Shown: piece by piece, positions 1 to 12,800 of the stretch
Layout of the letters: the number at the start of each line of letters is the position of its first letter
How positions within the stretch are numbered: position 1 is the stretch's first letter
Source of the DNA: Chiloscyllium plagiosum
Taxonomy: Eukaryota
Reading direction: 5' to 3'
Length of the DNA: 64,000 nt
NCBI RefSeq assembly: GCF_004010195.1
Contig: NC_057755.1
Span: 12,208,966-12,272,965, forward strand
Made by a program: the position numbers and the translations under genes
The notes under the pieces: model-generated
The model's database searches: none
What the model was told of the DNA's origin: nothing
Seen by the model: only the letters and a program-made list of their open reading frames with translations

Positions 1-172
1 CTCCACCTTTTTTCTATTGACCTGTGACTGTTTACCCTCCCCACTAAGCATGCTCTGCAGCCATAGGTGAAATAATGGAGTAGGAGGGCAGAGGAGAGTA
101 AAGCAAAGTGAATTTAGAGACTATGAATTTAGATGGAAGATTTATCAAATATTTTTTGACATTTTCTGCCAG

Positions 173-248
173 GTAAACCTGACCTTTAAACAGCCAGGCA
201 AGCGTTTGGAGCACAAAGGAATTCGAATTGAGTTTGTTGGGCAGATTG
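173..248 (+). CDS. VPS26A: VPS26A internal coding exon (human exon 3 equivalent), VNLTFKQPGKRLEHKGIRIEFVGQI(E); upstream exons lie outside the window
   Basis: ttctgccAG acceptor, GTGAGT donor, 76 bp; hand translation matches vertebrate VPS26A. Confidence 0.96.
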
Positions 249-849
249 GTGAGTTGGTGATATGTCTCCATTCATCTCATATAGATATTTTCTGTAGATA
301 TCTTGTATTTCTACCTTGCTGAAATACTATTACATACCTCCGGAGCAGGCAAGACTTGAACGCAGGCCTCGTACCACTACCCCACAAAAGCCCCACAACT
401 TGTACTCTCTGCTGTTTGGTTTCACTTGAGAATGGTGATAGCGGTGTGCTGTGATCTGAATGTGTAGCTGTGCCCAGGGCCTCATTCCTTTAGCACCGCA
501 TTGCCAGATTGTTCCTCTTTCTTCAATCCAGGTAAAGCTGAATCTTGTTCCAGTAACTTCATTATGTGACCGCAGATCCAATGTCATTGCTTCTGTTGAA
601 CTACAACAGGCCTCAGACTAGGACATTACATTAGCTGAATAATTGTCCTAGAGAAGTTGGTGATGAACACCTCGATTTGTTGCAACCAGTGTGATGTAGG
701 GCCACCCACAGTGCTTTTAGGGAGAGTATTCTAGGATTTTCCAGCCTGTAAAATTAAAGTGCACGGGAAATAGGGTAATGTACTGACATGGATAGAGGCA
801 GACAGACAACAAAGACAAGGAATGAAAAGTTCTTTTCTGAATGACTGGC

Positions 850-1200
850 AGAACAGTGATTAGCTGGGTACTGTAGGTATCGGTGCTTTGACCTATTAAC
901 TCTAACAGGGCTAGATAGGATAAATACAGGAGGATGTTGCTGATGACCAAGGATCTAGAACCGGGGTCACCATTTACGAATATGGGGAAGCCATTTAGGA
1001 CTGATATGTGGAGAAATGTCCTCACGCAGAGAATGGTGAGCCTGTAGAATTCTATCACACAAAGCTGTTGAGGCTGAAAGATAGTTTTTGAGACTAAAAA
1101 AATCAGAAGGTACAGGGAGAAAGTCGGTATTGAGTTGGATGATCAGCCGTAATTCCACCGAATGGTGAAGCAGGCTGAATGACCTACTCCTCTTTTCTAT
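850..1200 (+). mobile_element. Decayed CR1 LINE 3' end
   Basis: Similar to the 3' end of the CR1 copy at 8800-9120. Confidence 0.65.
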
Positions 1201-1818
1201 GTTGGCCCAGAGACAATGAGGGAATGGTGATATATAATTCTAAGTTGGGATACTATGTGACTTAGAGAGACTTGCAGGTGGTGGTGTTTCCATGAATCTT
1301 GTGCTTCTAGGTGGGTTGTTAGGTTTGGAAGGTGGTGCTGAAGGAACCTTGGTGAGTTGCTTCAGTACATTTTGTAAATGGTACACACTGTTACCATTGT
1401 GCTTCGGAGGGAATGAATGTTGAAGGTGGTTGATGGGATGCCAGTCAAGTGAACTGATTTATCCTGGATGCTGTTAAACTTCGAGTGTTGTTGGAGTTGA
1501 ATTCATCCAGGCAAGTAGGGAGTATTTTATTACAATCTTGAATTGTCCCTTATAGAAAGTGGACAGACTTTGAGGAATTAGATGGTGAGTTACTTGCTTC
1601 AGAATTCCTAATTTCTAACCTACTCTTATATCCTCTACTTATATGGCTGGTCCAGTTTCTGATCAATGGTAACCACCAGGATATTGATAAAGGAGATTCA
1701 ATAATAGCAGTGCCATTGAATATCAAGAAGTGATGGTTGAATTCCCACTTATTGGTGACTGGTTCATAGAATGATCATAGCACAAAAGGAGACCATTTGG
1801 CATATGGGGGGTGGGGTT

Positions 1819-2106
1819 GGCACGGTGGGTCAGTGATTAGCACTACTGCCTCTCAGTGCCTGGGACCCAGGTTCAATTCCAGTCTTGAGCGACTGTCTAT
1901 ATGGAGTTAGCACATTCTCTCCGTGTCTGCGAGGGTTTCCTCTGGTTTCCTCCCATATTCCAAAGATGAGCAGGTATGGGGAATTGCCCACAGTGTTAGG
2001 TGCATTAGTCGGAGGGAAATGGGTCTGGGTGGGTTACTCTTCGGAGGGTCGGTGTGTAATGTTGAGCTGAAGGGTCGCTTTCCACCCTGTAGGGAATCTA
2101 ATCTAA
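1819..2106 (+). mobile_element. HE1/V-SINE copy
   Basis: tRNA-like head, V-domain core TTCTCTCCGTGTCTGCG.GGGTTTCCTC, AATCT tail. Confidence 0.85.
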
Positions 2107-2129
2107 TGTAAATTATACTCTGATTTTCA

Positions 2130-2900
2130 ATGTATAGCTTCACATTTATTCAAGTTAAATTGCATCTGCCAAGTGTTTGCCCATACACTCAACTTGCATA
2201 GATCAATCTGAAGTCTCCTTGGATCCTTCGTGTAGCTCTCAATCCCACTTAGTTTTCTGCCATCAGCAAAGCTGAACATATTACATTTGATTTTTTTCAT
2301 CCAACACAGTCATTCATGTGTTATGAATAACTGGGGTCCAAGCACCATACACAACTAGGCATTGCCTGCCACCCCCACTCTGTTTCCTGACAGTCAAGCA
2401 GTTCTTGATTCATTCCAATATATTGCGCGCCCCCCTCCCATCAGAATCCCGTGACACTGGTTCTTTCTTGTCTATTCTACTAGTTACAGACTCAAAAAGC
2501 TCCAGTGATTAGTTGAGCGTAATTTCATTTTCATAAACCTACACTGACTTTGTTTAATCCTTGTTGATGCTTTCCAGATGTTGTATTCTCGTGTCTTTTC
2601 TAATAGACTCTAGCATTTTCCCCACGACTAATATTAGGCTAAATGGTGTGTAATTCTGCTTTTTTTTTTAACCCCCCACCCATCCCTTTTTAAAAAAATT
2701 CTAGTTATATTTGCCAACTTCCAATCTGTAGAAACTGCTCCGGAATCTATAGAATTTTGGAAAATTTCCAGGGCTACTTCCTTTAATACTTTGGGATGCA
2801 TGTCACCAAGCCCTGCAGATTTGTTAGTCTTCAGTTCCATTAATTTTTCAAGTAAATTTTGTTTTACTAATACTGATTTTATTTGATTCTTCACTTCCCA
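2130..2900 (-). mobile_element. Decayed CR1 ORF2 fragments
   Basis: ORF 2634..2894: KSAGLGDMHPKVLKEVA...DWKLANIT. Confidence 0.75.
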
Positions 2901-3317
2901 CTAGACCCTTGGTTTTAGTTAGGGGTGGGTGGGCATTATGGGAGGGCATGGCAGGTGCAAAGTGGGTGGGCTTCACGAATGGGAGGGGCAGTGGAATGTA
3001 CAGGAGCATAGTGGGTGGTCATTGCAGATGGGAAGGGCACAATGGGCAATGGAGAGTCATCCGGCAGTCATGTGATAGAAAATGGTAGTAATGAATTCTC
3101 AGGTGTCATTGACTTTTAAAATGTGACTTATATGCGTTTTATCAGCGACAGGGCCAAGAACTGTATTGATATGATACCTAAACCATTGATGACTTTGTTG
3201 TCATCTTCATTTTTAAACTGTACACTGTTCTATTTCGCCCTCTCCATTCTGTTTTTGGGTCGAGTTCATTTATTTTCTAAATAAGTCTCATTTGGCTTTA
3301 TCCCTTCTATGTTCCAG

Positions 3318-3474
3318 AGCTGTTCAGTGATAAGAGCAACACACATGAGTTTGTGAACCTGGTGAAGGAGCTGGCCTTGCCCGGAGAACTGACACAGAGC
3401 AGAACCTATGAGTTTGAATTCATGCAGGTGGAAAAGCCATATGAGTCATATATTGGAGCAAATGTCAGACTGAG
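3318..3474 (+). CDS. VPS26A: VPS26A exon 4 equivalent, (E)LFSDKSNTHEFVNLVKELALPGELTQSRTYEFEFMQVEKPYESYIGANVRL(R)
   Basis: gttccAG / GTAACT, 157 bp, phase continuous with previous exon. Confidence 0.97.
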
Positions 3475-4273
3475 GTAACTGTTTCCAATAGAGCTAAACA
3501 GTTTGAGATTCAAGTAGTTTGAAGTTTCTCTCACTACCTCCCACAGGTGCCCTCCCTCCAAAAAAAAGACAAACTGAATTCCCTGGCATTCTGTCGACTA
3601 TTTCGTGAGGAACAATCTGCATTAAGATCAACAAGATGATTTGTTAAGGAGGAATCAGAGCTGAGTCCTAACCTCTCCCTGCGTGGTTCCAGCCAGTAAG
3701 ACTGGATGATGATCATTAGGAATTGATAAATGTTTTTCTAATTTCTTCCTGTCTTGCCTGTCTTGCTCCACCCAACTTGTTTCCTGTAACTTCCTTAACT
3801 CATTGGTTCCACTTTGTAGGGTCAGGGTTGAGAGCAGCTAACATTATAGACCAAGCATAGAGCCAGTGAGACGCATTATGAGAGCAGTTTGGTTTCCATC
3901 TGCCGAAGGGTGACATTTCTTTGGGCTTCATTAATGATGTGGTTGGGATGGGTTACACTGTTGGCTGGATGGAGTTGGACTAGTGGATCCATTTATTTAA
4001 ACCCTTTTAAGGCAGTAATGGTGACTTCAGGGATATTGAAAAGTTGCTTGGCATTCATGCTTGGTGAATTATAATGTGCAATTGGCTGTTCAGTAGCTGT
4101 GTGAATAAATACTTTTCTCATAGGGATACTAGCTTTTGGAGCATATCACCCATCTTTCTTTAATGTCCTATTTTTATAAATCATATCATAAGGAATGCTC
4201 TTTGGCAATAACTATGCTCCTTTCACTTGTAATTACAACAAATTGTATTCATACATTGCCTTTAATCCATTTT

Positions 4274-4566
4274 CATAGAATCCCTACAGCATGGAAGCAG
4301 ACCATTCTGCCTGAGTTGGCCAACCCTCCAACCCAGACCCACATACCATTGATAGGTCTGCATTTCCCATGGCTAATCCACTCAGCCTGCACATACCTGG
4401 ATTCTATGGGCAGTTTAGCTTTGCCAATCCACCTGAACTGCACATCTCTGGACTGTGGGAGGAAACCCATGCAGAGACAGGAAGAATGTGCACACTCCCC
4501 ATGGTTACCCAAGGGTTGAATCAAACCTGGGTCCCTGGTGCTGTAGTTACCGAGCCACCATGCTGC
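4274..4566 (-). mobile_element. HE1/V-SINE copy
   Basis: Reverse complement of the same SINE core. Confidence 0.8.
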
Positions 4567-4814
4567 ACATCATATCCCAAGGCACCTTGCAGACGCTTCA
4601 TCAAACAAGTTTTGATGTTTGTTCACATCCTCTTAGAGGTTTAGGAAGAGACTACAGCCTGCGTCTCTAAACATAGGGTTCGACTATCGGTGGTGGACCG
4701 TTTAAAATCAGGATGGCCAAGAACAGTTGGCAATTTTAGGCTGTTGTGGGGCTAGTGAAGATTAAAGAGAGAGGCGGGGTGAGGCCATTGAAAGATTTGA
4801 AAAAATGGGTGAGA

Positions 4815-6385
4815 AGTAGAAACAGGAAGCTGCCTTTCTGCCACTTGAGCCTGCTGTGCCATTCAATACAATCATGGCTGATCTGACATTCCTCACATCC
4901 ACTTTCATAAGTTTTCCCTATGACTCATGATGTCCATACTTGATCAAGAATCTATCTGTCTCAGCCTTAACTTTACACAAAAACCATAACTCTGTGACAA
5001 AGAGTTCAAAAAACCTTTGAACTCTGAGAAGAATTTTCTTTCTCATCTCAGTCTTTATCCTGAGACTATGCTGTCTAGTCCTCTAGTCTCTCAAGATGAA
5101 ACATCCTCTCTCCATTTATCCTGTCAACCCCATTAAGAATCCTATATGTTTTAATGTGATCACCTCTCCTCCTTCTAAATTCCAATCAGAGTCCAAATCT
5201 GTTTAACCTTTGCTTACTAGGGTTCAACTAGTGAACCCTCTCTGAACTGCAACCCATGAAAAGATATCTTTCCCTTAAGGCAACTAAAACTGCTTGCTGT
5301 ACTCCAGATATGGTCTCACCAGCACCTTATATAGTTGATCTTAAAATACAACACCCTCGAAATAAGGGTCGACATTCCATTCGTCCCTCTGATTACCTGC
5401 TTTACCTGTGTGTTAGCTTTGCGTTTTGTGTACAATTATCCCCATGTGATTCTGTGTTTCAACTTTCTGCAGTTTTTATTCACTTAAATAATTATTGTTC
5501 TTTTGTTCTCCAAACCAAAATAAACAACATTACATATTCCCAAATTGTACTCCATTTGTCAACATTTTGCCTACTTAACCCATCAATATCTCTCTAAACT
5601 GTTTGTATTCCTCTTGCAACTTACCTGCTCCACCATTCAATATGACCAAGCCTAATCATCATGCTCAATTCCCTAATCACACTCTCCTCCCATATTCCTT
5701 GGTCCCTTTACAAAAAAGAACCAAATCAGAGATGAAGACTGAGATGTTGTATGAGATTGAAAGTAAGCAGGTTACCAACATGAAAAAGAACCCCACATCC
5801 CCACTTGCTGTTTCCTGTCCATTAGTCAAATCTCTATTCATGCCAGTATACTACCTGCAATGCCATAGACTATTATCTTATGGATTAATCTTTTGTGAGG
5901 TATTTTGTTGGATATCTTCAAGAAGTTCAAATACATCTTCTGGTTCTCCTCCATCCACTCTGTGAGACATCCTTGGAAAAATAAATTAGTTGGACACAAT
6001 TTTCTTCTTGCAAAGACATACTGACTCTGCTTGATTAGATTATGATTTTCTAAATGTTCTATTATTCCTTAATTTGATTCCAGTAGATTTTAGAATAATC
6101 AGCCTATAACTATCTGCTTTCTGTCTCCACCCATTTTCAAACAAGGGTGTCACATTGGCTCTGGTACTTTTCCAGACTCCAAGACTTTTTGGAAAATTGC
6201 AACCAATACATCCACTATCTATGTAGCTACTTCTTTTAGGATCCTGGGATACAAGGCACCAGGGCGAGGGGACTTATCTGCCTTTAGTCCCATTAGTTTA
6301 TCTAATATCACTACTCTAGTGATGACGACTGTACTGAATTCCTTCCCTGTAATTTTGTGTGTTAATGAGATGCTTGTAGTATCTT
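4815..6385 (-). mobile_element. Decayed CR1 LINE (3' end and RT remnants)
   Basis: Reverse-complement similarity to other CR1 copies in the window; heavily disrupted. Confidence 0.65.
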
Positions 6386-6387
6386 AC

Positions 6388-9075
6388 GGTCACAGGAAAT
6401 TGCTGGCAGACAGCAAGGTGGTTTGTAGTGTGTCTACTTCAACGGCAGATGTATCCAAAATAAGGTAGGTGAGCTTGCAGCATGGATAAGTTTCTGGGAC
6501 CTCGATATTGTGGTCATTTCGGAGACCTGGATCGAGCAGGGTGAGGAATGGATGTTGCAGGTTCCAGGGATTAGATCTTCCATTAAGAATGGGCAAGGCA
6601 GTAAAAGAGGGGGAGATGTGGCCGTGTTAGTCAAGGATAGTATAACGGTGGCTGAGAGAACGTTTGACCAGGGCTCATTGGCTGAGGTTAGAAACAGGTG
6701 ACGAGAGGTCACACTGCAGGCCTTGCAGAGTTCCAGGGACGTGGAGGAGAGGATTGGCAAAATGATTCTGGACAGGAGTGAAAGGAACAGGGTGGTCATT
6801 AACTTTAATTTCCCCAACATTGACGGGAAATGCTATAACTCTAGTACGTCGGGTGGATCAGTTTTTGTCCAATGTGTACAGGAGGGTTTCCTGACACAGT
6901 ATGTCGAAGGATCAACAAGAGGGGAAGCCCCAATGGATCTGGTGCTTGGTAATGAACCAGGCCAGGTGTTTGATTTAGTTGTAGTGAGCACTTTGGAGAG
7001 TGTGACCATAATTCAGTGACGTTTAGTTTAGCGATGGAAAGGGATAGGTACATGCCGCAAGTCAAGAGTTATCAATGGGGCAAGGGCAATTATAATGCAA
7101 TTAGGCAAGAATTAGGATGCATAGAATGGGATAGCAAAATGCAGGGGATACAGACAATGGAAATGTGAAGCTGGTTTAAGGAACAGATATTGCGTGTCCT
7201 TGTGAGGAAGCGATAAAATAAGGGAACAGTGTTTTATTGCAGAAATTGCATCTCTTGTTAAGCGGAAGAAGGAGGCTTATGTGTTGATGAGACAAGATGG
7301 TTCAGATGAGGCGATGGAGAGTTACAGATCAGCTAGGAAGGATTTAAAGAGAGTTAAGAAGAGCAAAGAGAGGACGTGAGGAGCCTTTAGCAGATAGAAT
7401 AAAGGAGAACCCTAAAGCTTTTTATAGGTGAAGAATAAAAGGATGACTCTGGTAGGAATAGACCCAGTAAAAGACAGATGTGGGAAGTTGAATGTGGACC
7501 CTGTGGAGAGCGGAGAGGTGCTAAACAAACATTTCTCATCGGTTTTCACTCAGGAAAAGGAGAATATTGTAGAGGAGAAGAATGAGATACGAGATATTAG
7601 ACTACAAAGGATCGAGGTTAGTTACGAAGAGGTGTTATCAATTCTAGGAGGAGTGAAAGTAGACAAGTCCCCTGGGCCAGATGGGATTTATCTGAGGATT
7701 CTCTGGAAGCTAGGGAGGAGATAGCAGAGCCTTCGGCTTTGATATTTGAGTTTAGTACCAGAGGACTGGAGGATTGCAAATGTTGTGCCTTTGTTTAAGA
7801 AGGGCAGTAGCGACGACCTAGGTAATTATAGACCAGTGACCTTTACTTCTGTTGTAGGAAAGGATTATAAGAGAGGATTTATAATCATCTAGCAAGCAAC
7901 AATTTGATTTCAGATAGTCAACATGGTTTCGTCAATGGCAGGTCGTGTCTCACAAACCTCAGTTTTTTGAGAAGGTGACCAAGCATGCAGATAAGAGTAG
8001 GGCAGTTGACATTGTGTACATGGACTTCAGTAAAGCCTTTGATAAGGTTCCACATGGTAGGTTGCTGGAGGAAATGCAGAGGCATGGAATTGAGGGTGAT
8101 TTAGCAGTTTGGATTAGAAACTGGTTTTCTGAAAGGAAGCAGCGAGTGGTGGTTGAATGAAAATATTCAGCCTGGAGTCTGGTTACTAGTGGTGTGCCTC
8201 AAGGATCTGTTTTGGGACCACTGCTGTTTGTCACTTCTATAAATGACTTAGACGCCGGCTAGGTGGATAGATTAGTAAATTTGCAGATGACACTAAAGTC
8301 GGTAGAGTAGTGGACAGTGTGGAAGAATGTTACAGGTTGCAGGGGGACTTGGATAAACTGCAGATTTGGGCTGAAAGGTGGCAAATGGAGTTCAATGCAG
8401 CTAAATGTGAGGTGATGCACTTTGGGAAGAATAACAGGAAGGCAGAGTACTGGGTCAATGGAAAGATTGTTGGTAGTGTGGATGTGCAAAGGGATCTTGG
8501 AGCCCATGTACCTAGGTCCCTGAAAGTTGCCACCCAGGTGGATAGTGCTGTTATGGCATACGGCGTGTTAGGTTTCATTCGTAGAGGGATTGAGTTCCAG
8601 AGCCGCAATATCATGCTGCAACTGTACAAAACGCTGGTGCGGCCACTCTTGGAATATTGTGTACAGTTCTGGCCGCCATTTTTCGGGAAGGATGTGGAAG
8701 CATTGGAAAAGGTGCAGAGGAGATTTACCAGGATGTTGCCTGGTCTAGAGGAAAGGTCTTATGAGGAAAGGCTGAGAGTCTTGGGTCTGTTCTCATTGGA
8801 AAGAAGGCTAAGAGGGGATTTGATAGAGACATACAAGATGATCAGAGGATTAGATAGGGTAGACAGTGAAAGTCTTTTTCCTAGGATGATGATGTCAGCT
8901 TATACGAGGGGGCATAACTACAAATTGAGGGGTGATAGATTTAAGACAAATGTCAGAGGCAGGTTCTTTACGCAGAGAGTGGTAAGGGCGTGGAATGCCC
9001 TACCTGCCAATGTAGTTAACTCAGCCACATTAGGGAGATGTAAACAATCCTTGGATAAGCACATGGATGAGATGG
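6388..9075 (+). mobile_element. CR1 (HER1-like) LINE ORF2, near full length (APE endonuclease + RT), frameshifted
   Basis: ISETW, DLVLGNEPGQV, KSPGPDGI, VYMDFSKAFDKVPHGRL, KFADDTK; 256-aa C-terminal ORF 8310..9080. Confidence 0.92.
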
Positions 9076-9703
9076 ACTGAATGGCCCCCTTCTGTGCTGT
9101 ATCATTTTCTGTGGTTCTATTTTGGAGAAGACATCAAAATAACGGTATTGTTTAAATAGGGAATGCTGCAACACAAAGGGATGTGGGTGTATTTGTGCAT
9201 CATTCCTGATGAAGGGGTTATGCTTGAAGCATCGATTCTCCTGCTCCCGAATGTTGCCTGACCTGCTGTGCTTTTCCAGCACCATACTTTTCGACTACTT
9301 ATGCATGAAACACAATGCTAGCACACAGGTGCAGCAGTTAATCAAGAAGGTTAGTGAAATGTTTCAAGAGGTTGGAGTATGAGTAGGGAAGTCTTACTCC
9401 ATCTGTACAAGGTGCTGGTGAGACAGATCTGGAATACTGTGAACAGTTTAGATTCCCTTTATTTAAGGGAAGATATAACTTTGGCAGTTCAGAGATGTTT
9501 CACTTGGATGATCCCCTGTATGATAGAATTGTCTTAAGAGCCAAGGTTAAACAGATTAGGACTCTGAAGTTTAGAAGAATGAGAGGTGATCTCATTGGAA
9601 GATATAGGATTCTTAAGGGGCTTGACAGGATAAATGCTGAGAGAATGTTTCCCCACATGGGAGAATCATTGCCCAGTCTCCGAATGGAGATGTGCCAATT
9701 TAA

Positions 9704-10660
9704 GATTAGATTAGATTACGTAGTGTGGAAACAGGCCCTTCGGCGAAACAAGTCTACACCGACCCTCCGAAGAGCAACCCACCCAGACCCATTCCCCTAT
9801 ATTTACCCCTTCACCTAACCCTATGGGCAATTTAGCATCGCCAATTCACCTAACCTGCACATTTTTGGACTGTGGGAGGAAACCGGAGCACCTCCCACGG
9901 TACGGTGGCACAGTGGTTAGCACTGCTGCCTCGCAGCGCCAGAGACCCGGGTTCAATTCCCGACTCAGGCGACTGACTGTGTGGAGTTTGCACGTTCTCC
10001 CCGTGTCTGCGTGGGTTTCCTCCGGGGGCTCCGGTTTCCTCCCAAGTCNNNNNNNNNNNNNNNNNNNNNNNNNNNNNNNNNNNNNNNNNNNNNNNNNNNN
10101 NNNNNNNNNNNNNNNNNNNNNNNNNNNNNNNNNNNNNNNNNNNNNNNNNNNNNNNNNNNNNNNNNNNNNNNNNNNNNNNNNNNNNNNNNNNNNNNNNNNN
10201 NNNNNNNNNNNNNNNNNNNNNNNNNNNNNNNNNNNNNNNNNNNNNNNNNNNNNNNNNNNNNNNNNNNNNNNNNNNNNNNNNNNNNNNNNNNNNNNNNNNN
10301 NNNNNNNNNNNNNNNNNNNNNNNNNNNNNNNNNNNNNNNNNNNNNNNNNNNGGTTTCCTCCCACAGTCCAAAGATGTGCAAGTCAGGTGAATTGGCCATG
10401 CTAAATTGCCCGTAGTGTTAGGTAAAGGGGTAAATGTAGGGGTATGGGTGGGTTACGCTTCGGCGGGTCGGTGTGGACTTGTTGGGCCGAAGGGCCTGTT
10501 TCCACACTGTAAGTAATCTAATCTAATCTAATCACCTGGAGGAAACCCACACAGACACTGGGAGAAAATGAAAACTCCACACAGACAGTTGCCCAAGGCG
10601 GGAATTGAACCCTGGTCTCTGGCACTGAGAGGCAGCAGTGCTAACCATTGTCCCACTGAG
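9704..10660. mobile_element. Minus-strand HE1 SINE (9704-9893 + 10533-10660) split by a plus-strand HE1 SINE (9894-10532, containing N gap 10049-10351)
   Basis: Outer halves join in register; CACCT at both 9889-9893 and 10533-10537. Confidence 0.82.
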
Positions 10661-11117
10661 ATGAGGAGACTGTGCTGCCCACTTAAGATGGAGATATTTT
10701 TTCTTAGAGAGTTAAGACTCTTTGGAACACGCTGCCTCAGCTGGTGAGGGCAGAGTCCTTGTTATATTAAAGGCTGAGTGAAATTCTTAATCTGTAACGA
10801 AATCAAGGATTGTAAGGATCATGCAGGAAAGTGGATGTGAGGAATGTCAGATCAACCATGATCCTATTGAATGGCTGGCTCAATGGGCCAGACTGCCTAC
10901 TTCTGTTCCTATTTGTTTTTTGGAAACCTGGGTTTCCCAGAACTGCATCTGGAGCAATTTCTGGCACATATGCTCATCTGGGGACTGGAAATATGTGCAG
11001 CTTCCCATATGGAGCAGGAAAAGCAGTCCACTGCTTTGAGCTCTCCTGCCATGACTTAACCCTCCTGTGCTGTAACCATTCTATGTTGGCTAACTGAGAG
11101 CCAGAGTAACTCGGTGA

Positions 11118-11400
11118 GCCATGGTGTTTCAGTGGTTAGCACTGCTGCCTCACAATTCCAGGGACCCAGCCTTGGGTGACTGTCTGTGTGGAGTTAGTAC
11201 ATTCTCCCTGTGTCTGTATGTGTTTCCACTGTTTTTCCTTCCAGCGCCGGAGAATGTGCAGGTTAGGTGGATGGCCGTGCAAAATTGTCCATGGTGTCTA
11301 AGGATGTGCAAGCTAGGTGAGTTTGCCATGGGAAAATGTGAAATTATAAGAGTAAGATAGGAACTAGGTCTGGCTGGGACATTCTTTGCAAGGTCAGTGC
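11118..11400 (+). mobile_element. Older HE1/V-SINE-type copy
   Basis: CAGTGGTTAGCACTGCTGCCTCACA head and V core. Confidence 0.75.
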
Positions 11401-11404
11401 CTAC

Positions 11405-12800
11405 TTAGAACATAGAACAGCATACCACAATTGGGCCCTTCAGGCCACAATGTTGCGTTGAACATGATGCCAAATTATACTCATCCCTTGATTCACATAA
11501 CCTTCATTGCTCACATATTCATGCACTTATGTAAAATGTCCATATCGTATTTGCCTCCTCCACCACCTCTGGCAGCGTGTTCCAGACTCATACCACTCTG
11601 TTCATTAAAAAAAAAACTAGCCCCTCTCAGCTCCTTTGCACTTGTCTTCCACCCCACTCCACCGTCCCCCCGAACCTTAAATGTATGCACCCCTAGTAGA
11701 CAATTCAAATCTGAGAAAAGGATTCTGACTGTCATCACCATCTATGCGTCTCATAATTTTGTAGACTTGATCCCCAAGATCCCTGTATACGTCAGTGCTA
11801 TTCAGGATCCTGCCATTAACTGTATACTTAACATTTAATCTCCCAAATTGCAGTACCTCACTCACCCATGTTAAACTCCATCTACTATTTCTCTGCCTAT
11901 ATCACAATTGGTCTGTATCCCGCTGTATCCTTTGACAACCTTCTATATTATCCATAACTCCCACCAACCTTTGTGTTGTCTGCCAGCTTACTAACTCACC
12001 CATCTGCATTTTTATCCAAGTCATTATATCATAAACAGCAGAGGTCTCGGTAGTCATGGACCTCCACCATTACTCCAATTCTGAATCCATGTGGCCAAGT
12101 CACCGTGGATCCCATGAATCTTAATCTTCTGGGTGAGCCTAGCACGAATGGGCCAAATGGCTCTTTACTTTTGGAAGATTGTGCCCCCGGTTATTGACAC
12201 CTGTACTAAGGGTAAACATTTCTCCCAGTCGACCCTTGGATCTCTATACACCTCAATCAGGTCTTTTCTCAGTCTTTCCTCCTCCAAGGAAAACAACCCC
12301 AGTTTATGCAATCTCCTTTCATAACTAAAACTCAGCAGCCCAGGCAACATCCTGGTGAATCGCTTCTACATCCTTTCTATTGCAAAGACATCCCTCCCAC
12401 AGTGTGGTGACCAGAACTGTACGCAATACTCCAGCTGTGGTTTAACCAATGTGTTAAAATCTTAATTTAAAACTCCATGCTTTTGTATTCAATGCCTTGA
12501 CTAATTAAGTCAAATATCTTCCACTATCTTCAATGATCTATAGACATGCACACCAAGATCTCTCTGCTCCTATGTACTTGTAGGGTCCTGCTATTCAATG
12601 TGTAATCAAAATGCTATTCAAAATGTATTAAATTCCATCTGCCACTGTTCAACCTATCTGACCATATCATCTTGTAGCCTAAGGCTATCCACCTCGCTAT
12701 TTGTCATGCCATCAATTTACATGTGAGTTTACTGATCATACTGCTTACATATAAATCTAGATTATTAACATACACAATAAACAGCAAGGGATCCAGCATC
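11405..12800 (-). mobile_element. Decayed CR1 3'/RT fragments (probably more than one copy)
   Basis: ORF 12165..12350: SYERRLHKLGLFSLEEERLRKDLIEVY. Confidence 0.75.

Noticed and set aside
8310..9080. 256 aa ORF as a host gene
   Set aside because: C-terminal part of CR1 ORF2; upstream RT is frameshifted, so no sign of domestication
9823..10415. Long ORFs here and at 52869-53714
   Set aside because: Created by translating through N gaps
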